Assembly (NCBI GenBank): GCA_002163085.1
Contig: MAAJ01000002.1
Coordinates: forward strand, 22,367 to 86,366
Direction of reading: 5' to 3'
DNA length: 64,000 nt
Source: Methylophaga sp. 42_25_T18
Lineage (GTDB): Bacteria > Pseudomonadota > Gammaproteobacteria > Nitrosococcales > Methylophagaceae
Part shown: one piece after another, positions 9,331 to 19,485 of the stretch
How the letters are laid out: the number at the start of each line of letters is the position of its first letter
How positions within the stretch are numbered: position 1 is the stretch's first letter
Notes under the pieces: model-generated
Databases searched by the model: none
The model's input: only the letters and a program-made list of their open reading frames with translations
Told to the model about the DNA's origin: nothing
Translations under genes and position numbers: made by a program

Positions 9331-10194
9331 TTAACCAAACTGCGTTCTAAAGTTTTCCTTGATATCTTCTTCTATATCGTGGTGATCAAACTCGGTCAAA
9401 CCCAAAAAGTCTAAGACCGACTCTTTAGCCAGTAGCCATTCACTATCGTCAGTCATAAATTTATATTGATTTAAAGCATTACCTGCTATTTTTACTAAGG
9501 CGTATAATTTTTTCTGTAAGTCGTTCGCATCACTAGCATCTAAAAAATCAGATTCATGATGCCTTAATATTAATTCACATAGGCTCTTGGGTAGGTTCCA
9601 TGAATTAGCCACAAAAAAGCCGACAATGGCATGATTAGTTTGATAATGCTCTTCTTCTATATCAGTGAAAATGGCTTCAGGATGATTGTTTGCTTCCATT
9701 AATGTTTCTTTATAGTCAGCATATTTCATTGCCATAAGGGGAATGCCACAATCTCGAAATAAGCCAAAAGCATAAGCGTCCTCGATAGGACATTCGCTCT
9801 GCAAGTTCATCTGTGCCAATAAAATGCTCATCATATTGGCGGTTTCCATTGCAGTATCCCAATATTTTTCGTGAGAGATGGATGAGTTTTTGCCATCAAA
9901 CGCGGTTTGTAGTTGGAAAAAGGAAACTAAATTACTGATATTGTCACAGCCAAGCAGCATGGCAGCCTGTTTAATATCCGTTATCGTTCTATTGAGACCA
10001 AAAACGGGTGAATTAACCGTTTTTAATACATTGGCAGATAAGGCGACATCTTTAGAGATGACTTCTGCAAAGGCGTTGGGGGAAGGGTCTGGCTGAGCTT
10101 GTTCGAGCTGTAAATCGGCTAAGGCTTGAGGTTTGGCTGGGATCTGAAAACCATTGATAATATTTTGGGCGGTAGCTTCAGTAATATCAAACAT
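9331..10194 (-). CDS. HDOD domain signalling protein
   Basis: 287 aa. Has the HDOD signature (LKTVNSPVFGLNRTITDIKQAAMLLG ... FGLFRDCGIPL ... HAIVG). Confidence 0.8.
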   Translation of the reverse strand: MFDITEATAQNIINGFQIPAKPQALADLQLEQAQPDPSPNAFAEVISKDVALSANVLKTVNSPVFGLNRTITDIKQAAMLLGCDNISNLVSFFQLQTAFDGKNSSISHEKYWDTAMETANMMSILLAQMNLQSECPIEDAYAFGLFRDCGIPLMAMKYADYKETLMEANNHPEAIFTDIEEEHYQTNHAIVGFFVANSWNLPKSLCELILRHHESDFLDASDANDLQKKLYALVKIAGNALNQYKFMTDDSEWLLAKESVLDFLGLTEFDHHDIEEDIKENFRTQFG

Positions 10195-10503
10195 TAAGAT
10201 CTAATTCCTTTTGGGCTAATGGCCTGCCGTTAATTTTACAGTTTTTCGAAAATTAAGTTATCTTTATTTGATGTTCTAGAGTACTTAATTTAAGACGATA
10301 GTTGATCTAAGTCAATAAGGCTCTCTGCCAGTTTGCTATCTTGCCCTATGTGTCTATGATTACGGTAAACAAGCAGCATTACTGTCACGTATCTTTATGG
10401 ATAGCTTGACGTATAGGGAAATAGGATATAGTTTTTCAATACGTTGTAGGAAATTAAGTGGGTGTTCCAAGGTGGATGACATGGAGATGAAAATTTAATC
10501 GGT

Positions 10504-11946
10504 ATGAGTGAATATGTAAGACTTAAACACGTCGTTACACTATTAGCTGTGATATGGACCGTGTTATTAATGGCATCGTTGCAGTGGAATTATCTTAATG
10601 AAAAGCAAGAAACAGTCGAGCTTGCGACCAATCAATTAGACACCAGCTTTAAAAAAATCGATGCCTTTCGTGCTTGGTTTGCATCGCATGGTGGTATTTA
10701 TGTCACGGTGAGTGATGAGCTAGTTCCTAATACCGCCTTAGAAAGTAGTCGTCGTGATTTAGAAACGCTCTCGGGGTTGAAGCTCACCCTGATAAATACG
10801 CCCTATCTATTAAGAGATATACAAAATAATTACATGGATGAGTTCAGTGGCAGTGCTCATATGATTGGTTGGGATCCAATCAATACCCTTAATACCCCCG
10901 ATGAGTGGGAGAGCCAAGCGTTAAAGTCGATACAGTTTGGTGCTCGTGAAGTTACTGATATTGTGATGAATGAACGTGGGCGAGACGAAATGCGCTTGAT
11001 TCGTCCCATTATGCTTAAAGAAAGCTGTTTAGAGTGTCATAGTCAAACAAAAGTTGAGGTGGGCGATGTATTAGGTGGGTTATCAACGTCGGTGCCGATG
11101 ACACCTTATTATCTGCAAGAACAAACATCCGTTAAACGATTATTATTTTCACATATCGGGATATGGTTTATTGGCCTTGTGGGCATAGCAATATTTTATA
11201 AAAGTGAAAAACAGGCATATGCCGCTTTAGTATCAAAAAGGCATGCTGATGAGGCTAATCGAGCAAAATCCGAGTTTTTGTCATCGATGAGTCATGAGCT
11301 GCGTACGCCACTGAATGCTATTTTAGGTTTTTCACAATTATTAGAAAGTGATCAGCAAACGCCACTTGATAACGCCCAAAAAGAGAAAGTGGAATATATC
11401 ATTAGTAGCGGCAATCATTTATTAGAATTGATAAATGACGTATTAGATCTATCGGCAATTGAGTCTGGCCAACTGGAACTATCTATTGAACCGGTTAAGT
11501 TATTGGATGCTCTCAATGAGTCATTCTCTTTATTGAGACCTGTTATAACGGAATATGGCAACCCAGAAATACAGATACTTAATAATGTTGATATGACGGT
11601 AATGGCTGATTACACCAAATTAAAACAGGTTTTGATAAATCTAGTAGGCAATGCAATTAAATATAACCGTGATGGTGGTTCGATTAGTATTGATTGGCAA
11701 ATCCGTCAAGAAAATCAGCTTAGAATCAGCATTATTGATTCAGGTAGCGGCATAACCGAAGAAAATCAACACAAGGTGTTTAATGCCTTTGATCGTCTTG
11801 GCCATGAATATTCTAATATCGAAGGCACTGGCATAGGTTTAGTCGTCACTAAAAAACTGGTTGAAATCATGAATGGCCAGATTGGTTTTACGAGTGTGGC
11901 AGATCACGGTTCAACTTTTTGGTTTGAACTACCGTTGGCCGAATAA
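10504..11946 (+). CDS. Sensor histidine kinase with periplasmic DUF3365-like c-type heme (CxxCH) sensor domain
   Basis: N-terminal TM helix, CLECH motif, second TM helix, HisKA H-box SHELRTPLNAILG, and HATPase N/G boxes (NAIKYN, GTGIGL). Confidence 0.85.
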   Translation: MSEYVRLKHVVTLLAVIWTVLLMASLQWNYLNEKQETVELATNQLDTSFKKIDAFRAWFASHGGIYVTVSDELVPNTALESSRRDLETLSGLKLTLINTPYLLRDIQNNYMDEFSGSAHMIGWDPINTLNTPDEWESQALKSIQFGAREVTDIVMNERGRDEMRLIRPIMLKESCLECHSQTKVEVGDVLGGLSTSVPMTPYYLQEQTSVKRLLFSHIGIWFIGLVGIAIFYKSEKQAYAALVSKRHADEANRAKSEFLSSMSHELRTPLNAILGFSQLLESDQQTPLDNAQKEKVEYIISSGNHLLELINDVLDLSAIESGQLELSIEPVKLLDALNESFSLLRPVITEYGNPEIQILNNVDMTVMADYTKLKQVLINLVGNAIKYNRDGGSISIDWQIRQENQLRISIIDSGSGITEENQHKVFNAFDRLGHEYSNIEGTGIGLVVTKKLVEIMNGQIGFTSVADHGSTFWFELPLAE

Positions 11947-11996
11947 CGGATAGTTCGATATAAGACTGCCGTGCAGTTTTGAGCGGATTTTCGTTG

Positions 11997-12794
11997 TTAA
12001 TTTACTAGACTGATTTCAACACGGCGATTAATCGCTCTATTCTTAATATTGTTATTAGCGACGATCGGCTGGGTAGAACCATGACCTTCGATACGAAATC
12101 GTCCTGGTTTAATTTCATTATTATCGAGCATGATATGCACGACAGCATTTGCGCGAGCGGCTGATAATTCCCAGTTTGAACGATAGCGCGAAGAGTTAAC
12201 GGGTATATCATCTGTGTGGCCAGACACAATAAAGTTTGATTTTGTCTGTGCCAGTGAATGCCGTATTTTTGCAAGGATGGGTACGAAAGCTGATTTTAGA
12301 TTAGCTCTACCGGATGGAAATGATGCCTGCTCATTAATGCGAATAGTGACACGATCTTCGATGGTTTCGATGCTGACAAGATCGAGTTTAATTTCGTCTT
12401 TTAATAATTGGGTTAATTGCTCTGTTTGCGTGTTTCTAATTGCGGCTTTATATTGATCTACATTATCGATTTTCAAGGCCTTCGCATCATTAACCGCTGA
12501 TTGGCGCAGGCTAGATAAAGGTGTTGGTTGATTGGGTGTAGGAGAGAAGGTCTGTTGAATAACACTGGTGCCCATGGGAATGGTATCAGAGCTATCTGGC
12601 GTGTCGACACCAAATGCATTCTCCATGGAGCGCACCACCATTTTCCATTTAAGTGCATCCATTTCTGAAAAGGAAAGCAGTAATACAAAGAAGCACATGA
12701 GCAGTGACATCAGATCGGCAAAGGTACCGATATAAGCCGGTAACCCTTCAGGTGGGCAATCACAGGCAGCTTGATTCGAGTCTTGCTCACTCAT
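11997..12794 (-). CDS. MotB/OmpA-family stator-like protein (no adjacent MotA)
   Basis: 265 aa. TM segment carries the conserved Asp (TFADLMSLLMCFFVLLL). C-terminal OmpA-like peptidoglycan-binding domain (GHTDDIP...SNWELSAARA...NRRVEI). Confidence 0.8.
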   Translation of the reverse strand: MSEQDSNQAACDCPPEGLPAYIGTFADLMSLLMCFFVLLLSFSEMDALKWKMVVRSMENAFGVDTPDSSDTIPMGTSVIQQTFSPTPNQPTPLSSLRQSAVNDAKALKIDNVDQYKAAIRNTQTEQLTQLLKDEIKLDLVSIETIEDRVTIRINEQASFPSGRANLKSAFVPILAKIRHSLAQTKSNFIVSGHTDDIPVNSSRYRSNWELSAARANAVVHIMLDNNEIKPGRFRIEGHGSTQPIVANNNIKNRAINRRVEISLVN

Positions 12795-13126
12795 AAGAGG
12801 GCTATCGCAAAATAAAAGAACTGATACTACCTAGATAATTGAAAATTAACAATAAAATCAGCCTGTTTATTAGGGATAATTTGAATCCGCTGAGAAAGCC
12901 TAAATTAGGCTTGATATAAAAGCGTGAACAGCATGTAGATACTAAATGAAAATTAAGAAGCATTTAAATCATTAAATTAAGGGTGTAGCATAAAGTTAAG
13001 TCAGCTTAATATTAAAAGAGCACCGTGGAATGTCATTAGAACGTGTTTTTTAAATACAAAGGAACTTTGTATGCAACAACCTAAAAATTCACGCCACAAT
13101 AATCGACACCACAGGTGTATGTTAGG

Positions 13127-13636
13127 ATGAATAACGCCAACCATGAATTAGTATTATTACGACATGGTAAAGCCGAAACGCATCTTCACTGCAGTGATAT
13201 TGAGCGAGATCTTACCGAAACAGGTTGCGAGCGGACATTCAATATTGCGAGTTATATGACTTCACAACAGCTCGTGCCCGACACCATTATTTCATCATCA
13301 GCAAAACGGGCAATAGCGACAGCGAATATTGTTTGTGATGTATTTTCTATTGACTCAGACACTATCGATGTACGTGCAGCTTTGTATAATGCTGATTGGC
13401 ATGAAGTACTCAATATAGTTCAACAAATACCCGATACAGTGATGCGCGTATTATTGGTTGGGCATAACCCTGCGTTTGAAGTTTTAGTTGAACAATTAGT
13501 ATCAACAGCTGTTGATGATATTCATTTGTCGCCATCATCCATGGCTAGACTTACGTTTGACGGAAAGTGGTCCGACTTATCGAGTGGGCAATGTCAACTG
13601 TTATCGATTATGCATGCGCAGGAATTAGTTGTGTAA
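13127..13636 (+). CDS. sixA: Phosphohistidine phosphatase SixA
   Basis: LVLLRHGKA (RHG motif), SSSAKRA and LLVGHNP. Size and motif order match SixA. An alternative GTG start is at 13115. Confidence 0.7.
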   Translation: MNNANHELVLLRHGKAETHLHCSDIERDLTETGCERTFNIASYMTSQQLVPDTIISSSAKRAIATANIVCDVFSIDSDTIDVRAALYNADWHEVLNIVQQIPDTVMRVLLVGHNPAFEVLVEQLVSTAVDDIHLSPSSMARLTFDGKWSDLSSGQCQLLSIMHAQELVV

Positions 13637-13916
13637 TTAAAGTGAAAGTCATGGATAGCCGGTTATCAAAATTTAACCGCTTATTGATGAGGCGAAATTT
13701 AGAGCTACAGCTAATAATGGGGTATAGTTTTACTAGGATTTAGATACAGGCTGGGATGCAAACAATTAAGTAATAACGGCTAGAGATGAGAGGATGAATA
13801 ACGATAAAATTAAAGATTAGCTAATATCGCACCGTTAACGTGTGAACGCCCTGTGCGGATTCCAATACAAGTAAAAATAATAATAAAAACAAAAAAGCTT
13901 TAAGGAAATAATTATC

Positions 13917-15983
13917 ATGCTAGAAAAAATAAAAAAACTGTCAATTATTCAACAAATTGCCATTATCTTATCGATGACCTCCGTCGTCATATTTAGTAGT
14001 CTGAGCTTTGTTGCTACCAGTCAAACCGAGGCAATTCTGATTGAGCAATCACAACAGTCTTTAAGAAAAGAAGTTGATTTGCTCGAGAAAATGTTTGAGT
14101 TCTACCACAGCACGGTGATGAATAATACTGAAAAGCTGGGGGCGCTGTTTTTCCAGCTTTATGATGGTTCTTTTCAAGTTGATCGTACTGATACGGTACG
14201 TATTGGCTCGTATAACAGTCCACTTATTTATCATGATGGTAATGTTGTTAATCTGAACTTTGATAAAGTTGATGAGTTTACTCGCCTCACCGGCGGCACC
14301 GCCACGGTATTTGTGCGTTATCAAGATGATTTTCTTCGAGCTACGACGTCGTTAAAAAATGAGCAAGGAAAACGGGCTATTGGTACTTTGCTTGGCAAAC
14401 AACACCCCGGTTATGAAGTGCTGATGAATAACCAAGTATATGATGGTTATGCCCATTTATTTGGTCGTGACTATATGGCTCGTTATATGCCGATCACTGA
14501 CAGAAATAATAAGGTGATAGCCATTTTGTATATCGGTTTTGATTTTACCGAAGGATTGGCAACGTTAAAAACAACCTTATCAAATATGAAATTTGGTGAT
14601 ACAGGTTTTGCTTATGTATTAAACGCTGCAGGCAAAAAGAAAGGTAAAGCCGTTATTCATCCCTATTTTAATGGCGGCAATATCCTAGATATAGAAAATA
14701 CAACCGGTCAAGCTGAGTTTGACGTTCTATTTTCAGATGAAGCTGGCATGACAGTCAGCACCTGGTCTTACGCTGATAATGCCTTTTCAAATAAAAAGAA
14801 CCTTGTTGTTTATTCTCCTTTGCCAAATTGGGAGTGGGTGGTGGCAGCCACAGTGGATATTGATGAGCTCACTAAAAATAGTGCGAAGGTTCGTAATTTA
14901 TTAATTGGTCTCAGTCTGATTTCATTAATCGTGATGGTGATTTTGATCTATAAAGTATTAGTATTTAGCTTGAAACCGTTACAACCCGTTATTCACCAAT
15001 TACGCGAAATCGGTGATGGCAATTTGAGCCATCAATTAGTTAAACATGGCAAAGGTACTTCGGTCGCGAGCAATAGTAATCAAAATGAAATTAGTCTATT
15101 AATTGATGCAGTGAATGATATGCACACTAAATTTAAAAAATTAGTGAGCCAGATTTCATCGGCCTCAACTGATGTGGCTAGCTCAGTCACGCAATTAGAT
15201 TCCATTAGTGCAAACATTGCGGAAGGCGTTCAACAGCAGGGCAATGATACGGAAATGTTGGCAACAGCCATTACGGAAATGGCCGCTTCAGCAACCGAAG
15301 TGTCGAATAATGCGCAATCCAGTGCCGATGAAATTAAGTCAGCATATGAGTTAGTTGTGGAAGGTCAAAATGTCGTTCAAGGTGTAGTCGATGTGAATAA
15401 CTCATTGGCGAGTGAATTAGATTCGGCCGTGGACGTTATCAACAAACTAGAAGTGGCCAGTCAAAATATAGGTACGGTTTTGGATGTCATTCGAGGCATT
15501 GCTGAACAAACTAATTTATTAGCATTAAATGCTGCTATTGAGGCGGCTAGAGCCGGTGAGCAAGGTCGTGGCTTTGCGGTTGTAGCGGATGAAGTCAGAA
15601 CCTTGGCCCAACGTTCACAAGCATCAACACAAGAGATACAAGTCATTATTGAAGATCTACAAACCAATGCAGGCCAAGCGGTCTTGGCAATTGACAGTGG
15701 TCGTGAGAAAGGCGCTGAAAGTGTCACTATTGCTAAAAATGCTGGTGAAGCATTAGGAAATATCTACGCCATCATGGATATTATCAATGATGCCGGTGAA
15801 CAGATTGCTACTGCCGCCAGAGTGCAGAGTGAGGTGGCAGAAGGCATCCACAAACATATTGTGAGCATCAAAGATGTTGCTGTAACGACATCTGAAGGTG
15901 CAGCAGCCTCAGCCGATGAAGTAACGCAATTGTTGTCGATGGCGGAAGGGCTTAAGTCGGAAGTAGATTGCTTTAAACTATAA
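13917..15983 (+). CDS. Methyl-accepting chemotaxis protein with periplasmic Cache-type sensor
   Basis: 688 aa: TM, about 300-aa ligand-binding domain, TM, HAMP, and a conserved signalling hairpin ([34 protein letters not shown]). Confidence 0.9.
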   Translation: MLEKIKKLSIIQQIAIILSMTSVVIFSSLSFVATSQTEAILIEQSQQSLRKEVDLLEKMFEFYHSTVMNNTEKLGALFFQLYDGSFQVDRTDTVRIGSYNSPLIYHDGNVVNLNFDKVDEFTRLTGGTATVFVRYQDDFLRATTSLKNEQGKRAIGTLLGKQHPGYEVLMNNQVYDGYAHLFGRDYMARYMPITDRNNKVIAILYIGFDFTEGLATLKTTLSNMKFGDTGFAYVLNAAGKKKGKAVIHPYFNGGNILDIENTTGQAEFDVLFSDEAGMTVSTWSYADNAFSNKKNLVVYSPLPNWEWVVAATVDIDELTKNSAKVRNLLIGLSLISLIVMVILIYKVLVFSLKPLQPVIHQLREIGDGNLSHQLVKHGKGTSVASNSNQNEISLLIDAVNDMHTKFKKLVSQISSASTDVASSVTQLDSISANIAEGVQQQGNDTEMLATAITEMAASATEVSNNAQSSADEIKSAYELVVEGQNVVQGVVDVNNSLASELDSAVDVINKLEVASQNIGTVLDVIRGIAEQTNLLALNAAIEAARAGEQGRGFAVVADEVRTLAQRSQASTQEIQVIIEDLQTNAGQAVLAIDSGREKGAESVTIAKNAGEALGNIYAIMDIINDAGEQIATAARVQSEVAEGIHKHIVSIKDVAVTTSEGAAASADEVTQLLSMAEGLKSEVDCFKL

Positions 15984-16022
15984 GCCTTGTTAGCTAACAC
16001 TGGGTCTTGTAGAAATAGGTAG

Positions 16023-16057
16023 AAAGCCTAAATTGCTATTAGCAATACAGGCTTTTT
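16023..16057 (+). terminator. Intrinsic terminator after the MCP gene
   Basis: AAAGCCTaaATTGCTattAGCAATacAGGCTTT followed by TTT. Confidence 0.6.
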
Positions 16058-16103
16058 CCTAATATTGGTGTAGGATAGGGTCACAGACATTAAGGAGAAT
16101 GTT

Positions 16104-16253
16104 ATGGCAGAGAGACGATGTGGAGAATGTGGTTCGCTGGTGTCGGATACAGCGAAACAATGCATGCGTTGTGGCGTACGATTGCTTTCACCTAAGAATA
16201 AAGAGCAAACTATCAACGACCTCTCGTTTCACAGGTTCAGGTTTTTAGTTTGA
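16104..16253 (+). CDS. 49-aa zinc-ribbon mini-protein (CGEC...CMRC)
   Basis: Hand-translated as MAERRCGECGSLVSDTAKQCMRCGVRLLSPKNKEQTINDLSFHRFRFLV. AAGGAG lies 6 nt upstream of the ATG. It replaces the antisense track ORF 16028-16216. Confidence 0.5.
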   Translation: MAERRCGECGSLVSDTAKQCMRCGVRLLSPKNKEQTINDLSFHRFRFLV

Positions 16254-16287
16254 CCTGGCTGGCGGGCTCTGTGTTATGCCATATTGA

Positions 16288-19200
16288 TTATGCTGAGACT
16301 GTTTGCAGTTTTAAGCGTTCATCAAACTCAGCCAGAATTGCATAAACATCATTAATACTGCTGTACATAGCCTCTAAGTTAGTTATTACTGGAACATTGT
16401 TAGTTTCACCATCTTTATGGGTTAATTGATGAGCTATCTGATGCATTTTATCATGGGCATGATGGAGTTTATTTAGCCATTGTTTGCTAAATAAGTGTTC
16501 TTTACTTTCGCTGTTTAGCCAATAACTACAGTGACATTTTTCTTGGTTGTGTCCGGTCCAAACTACATCATTAGCCTCAGATTGAGTGTAGTCAGTGAGT
16601 TGCTTGACCCATTGATTGATTATTAGGCGTAAAAGTTTTACTTTCTTTTCTACTGGTGTGAAAGCTTTGTTACTGCACGCCCTCCAAATAGGATTTGGCG
16701 TGTAGTTGTCTAACCAAAGAATCAAATCATCAGCGGGCATAGGGCGTGCGATGCCATAGCCTTGGGCATTATCGCAGCCCATGACCAGGAGCATTAAACC
16801 ATGCTCCGTCGTTTCGACACCTTCGGCAATAATATCTCGCCCAAAACTCTCTGCTAAAGCGATGATTCCAGCCACAATGGTGTAATCATTGGGATCATCT
16901 AATATGTCGAAAATGAATGATTGATCAATTTTAATTGTTTGTGCTGGCAGACTTCTTATATGTGTTAACGAGGAATAACCAGTACCGAAGTCATCTAAGG
17001 AAAATTGAATGCCATATTTGTTCTGACAAATTGTGATGCAATTTTGGATGGCATTAATATCGGTTAATACGCTACTTTCAAGTATCTCCATTTGTAAATA
17101 TTTGCTATCAATATCGGGATACTTGGCTAAGGTGTCATCAAGATAAGTAAAAAATGTGGGGGAGAGTAAGTGAAGAGAAGATATATTGATACTGATTTCC
17201 AGTTCAATGCCTAATTTCTTCCAATGAGCAAGCTGCCGCATAGCTTGGTTTATTACCCAGTTTCCTACTTTGATGTCTAATTCATGGCCTTCAATAGCCG
17301 GTAAAAATTCCATCGGAGGAATTAAGCCTTTTTCTGGATGAAGCCAACGAATTAATGCTTCAACACCAAAAGCCTTACCGGTTTTCATATTTACTTTAGG
17401 TTGATAATACAGCTGTAGTTCATCATTAGATAAAGCAATCTCAATTTCATGCAGACGATGATGTTGATGCACTATTTTTTGATTATCTTCGAGGTTAAAT
17501 AAATGATAATTATTTTTACCCTTTACTTTAGATTGATACATAGCCTGATCAGCATGACGTAATAAGGTATCTAAGTTGGCATCATCATAAGGATAGAGGG
17601 TAACTCCCATTGAAGCACTGATAGAAATAGTATGACCTTTTATCAAATAAGGTTGGGCAATAGCATGTTGAATGCGATCTAACATTTGCTCACCTTGAAA
17701 CGGTGATTCCAAGTCAATAAGGAAAAATGCAAATTCATCACCACCTTGGCGCGAAACAGTATCTTCTTCACGGATGTTTGATTGAATACGTTTTGCCACC
17801 TCGATAAGTAATTGGTCGCCAATGATATGACCATAGTTATCATTAACGGGTTTAAAGTTATCCAGATCAAGGAAACCAACAGCAACAATCGTATTGGTCC
17901 GTTTACTGTGAGCAATCGCTTGATTAAAGCGATCTGCAAATAAGATGCGGTTTGGTAATTTAGTTAGCACATCATAATGTGCCATCAATTCTAATTGTTC
18001 TTGCTGTTTCTTCGAATTGGTAATGTCAGTAAAAATACCAACATAATTGATAAGCTCATTGTTGTCATCGGTGAGTGCTGAAATGGTCAGTAACTCAACA
18101 TAAAGTTCACCGCTTTTTTTCCTATTCCATACCTCGCCCTGCCAATGGCCATAGCTAGCAATTTGTTGCCACATGTCATTATAAAACTCAGGAGCTTGTT
18201 GGCCAGAATTGAGAATGGAGGGGGTTTGTCCTATGACCTCTTCGCGCGAATATTCAGTTATTTCGCAGAAGGCTGGGTTGACATCAATAATGGTGCCAGT
18301 GACATTTGTGATAATGATGCCTTCATGCGTATCGGTAAATACGCGAGATGATAATTTAAGCTGTTCATCTATATTTTTACGTTCTAACTCGATGCCGGCT
18401 CTGGTTGCAAGGCTGTTTAAGAGTTCAACCGTATATGGGCGCTCCTTCATAGGATTGTCATCAAGCAGAGCCAAGAGGCCAATAGTTTTATTTTGCTTAT
18501 TTTTTAATGGCACGCCGATATAGCTTTGGGCATCCATGTCAATCAGAATGTCGTCGTCGGGGAACAGTTGTTGAATGTTGTCAGGATAACTACACATACC
18601 TTGTTCGGTGACATTTTTGCAGGGAGTGCAATCTAAAGGATAAGAAAAATTCTCGTCGTGGCCATTGCCATTCCATACAGCAAGTGTTGTCACTCTTGTT
18701 TTGTCGCTAGGATTAAGGATTGCTATAAGGGCATAACGCATGTCAAGAGATGAAGCTAATTGACGAACAATGGTTTTAAATATATCACCGTTATTAACAG
18801 AGCCTGTTTCGGCTAAAGTTCGCAATACGTCTTCACTGCGTTTGTGAGCTGAAATATCACGAACAGCGGAAATAATGTGTGTGTCATTGTTATTGGTAAT
18901 TAGCTGCTGGGATATTTCCACCCAGATAATATCGTGATTTTTATTTCTTGTTTGTTTGATGTAAGGCGTTGAAGGAATTTTTTGGGTGAGAGAAAAGGGT
19001 TTAGCTTTCGGTTCTAAATTAAGATCAGAGATGGAACGTTGCCGAAGAGCGTCATTAGAAAAGCCAAATAAACTACTTGCAGCTTGATTGGCATCAATCA
19101 TTTTGCCACTTTCGGAATCATGGATAAATATGGCTTCCGTGGTTGAATTAATTATGCCTAAGAAGTTTTTTTGACTTTGCTGAGCATTAGCCATTTCCCT

Positions 19201-19416
19201 CAATAAGAGAAAATAAATAATTATTGAACTGGCTATAACAAAAAAACAGCCTTTTAACACCTGTATCTGAGCTAGCAGTTCAGTACTTTGGCTGATGGAA
19301 TGTATAATTGCATCAGCGAATAAAATCCAACAAAGTGAAAAAACAGCATAAATTAGACTGATTTTAAGTGCTATTTTTGAACGCGGTTTATCGGCGTCTA
19401 AAACTACATCATTCAT
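16288..19416 (-). CDS. Membrane-anchored PAS-GAF-PAS-GGDEF-EAL c-di-GMP signalling protein with C-terminal CZB-like extension
   Basis: 1042 aa. GGDEF (QGGDEFAF), EAL (EALIRW ... DDFGTGYSSL ... EGVET ... QGY), and a tail with CHCSYWL and HHAHDKMHQIAH. Confidence 0.9.
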   Translation of the reverse strand: MNDVVLDADKPRSKIALKISLIYAVFSLCWILFADAIIHSISQSTELLAQIQVLKGCFFVIASSIIIYFLLLREMANAQQSQKNFLGIINSTTEAIFIHDSESGKMIDANQAASSLFGFSNDALRQRSISDLNLEPKAKPFSLTQKIPSTPYIKQTRNKNHDIIWVEISQQLITNNNDTHIISAVRDISAHKRSEDVLRTLAETGSVNNGDIFKTIVRQLASSLDMRYALIAILNPSDKTRVTTLAVWNGNGHDENFSYPLDCTPCKNVTEQGMCSYPDNIQQLFPDDDILIDMDAQSYIGVPLKNKQNKTIGLLALLDDNPMKERPYTVELLNSLATRAGIELERKNIDEQLKLSSRVFTDTHEGIIITNVTGTIIDVNPAFCEITEYSREEVIGQTPSILNSGQQAPEFYNDMWQQIASYGHWQGEVWNRKKSGELYVELLTISALTDDNNELINYVGIFTDITNSKKQQEQLELMAHYDVLTKLPNRILFADRFNQAIAHSKRTNTIVAVGFLDLDNFKPVNDNYGHIIGDQLLIEVAKRIQSNIREEDTVSRQGGDEFAFFLIDLESPFQGEQMLDRIQHAIAQPYLIKGHTISISASMGVTLYPYDDANLDTLLRHADQAMYQSKVKGKNNYHLFNLEDNQKIVHQHHRLHEIEIALSNDELQLYYQPKVNMKTGKAFGVEALIRWLHPEKGLIPPMEFLPAIEGHELDIKVGNWVINQAMRQLAHWKKLGIELEISINISSLHLLSPTFFTYLDDTLAKYPDIDSKYLQMEILESSVLTDINAIQNCITICQNKYGIQFSLDDFGTGYSSLTHIRSLPAQTIKIDQSFIFDILDDPNDYTIVAGIIALAESFGRDIIAEGVETTEHGLMLLVMGCDNAQGYGIARPMPADDLILWLDNYTPNPIWRACSNKAFTPVEKKVKLLRLIINQWVKQLTDYTQSEANDVVWTGHNQEKCHCSYWLNSESKEHLFSKQWLNKLHHAHDKMHQIAHQLTHKDGETNNVPVITNLEAMYSSINDVYAILAEFDERLKLQTVSA

Positions 19417-19485
19417 TATAAAAGGACCTATAAGAGGTTTTTCGGATTTACTTTAAATTGCTGTTAAAAGGTATCCGTTGTATCG

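Noticed and set aside
12005-12688. Several 70-90-aa ORFs nested in or antisense to the MotB-like gene; similar cases lie at 39038-39361 in fabG, 56210-56737 in pheT and 27466-27747 at apeC
   Set aside because: They lie entirely inside well-supported genes with recognisable domains. They have no RBS and their composition is typical of off-frame translation.
13071-13130. 19-codon basic mini-ORF (MQQPKNSRHNNRHHRCMLG) overlapping the sixA start
   Set aside because: It is very short and has no paralog or other conservation evidence in the window. It could equally be untranslated leader sequence.
16028-16216. 62-aa minus-strand track ORF
   Set aside because: It has no RBS and low-complexity content. 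It is antisense to a better-supported zinc-ribbon ORF with a strong AAGGAG RBS (16104-16253).
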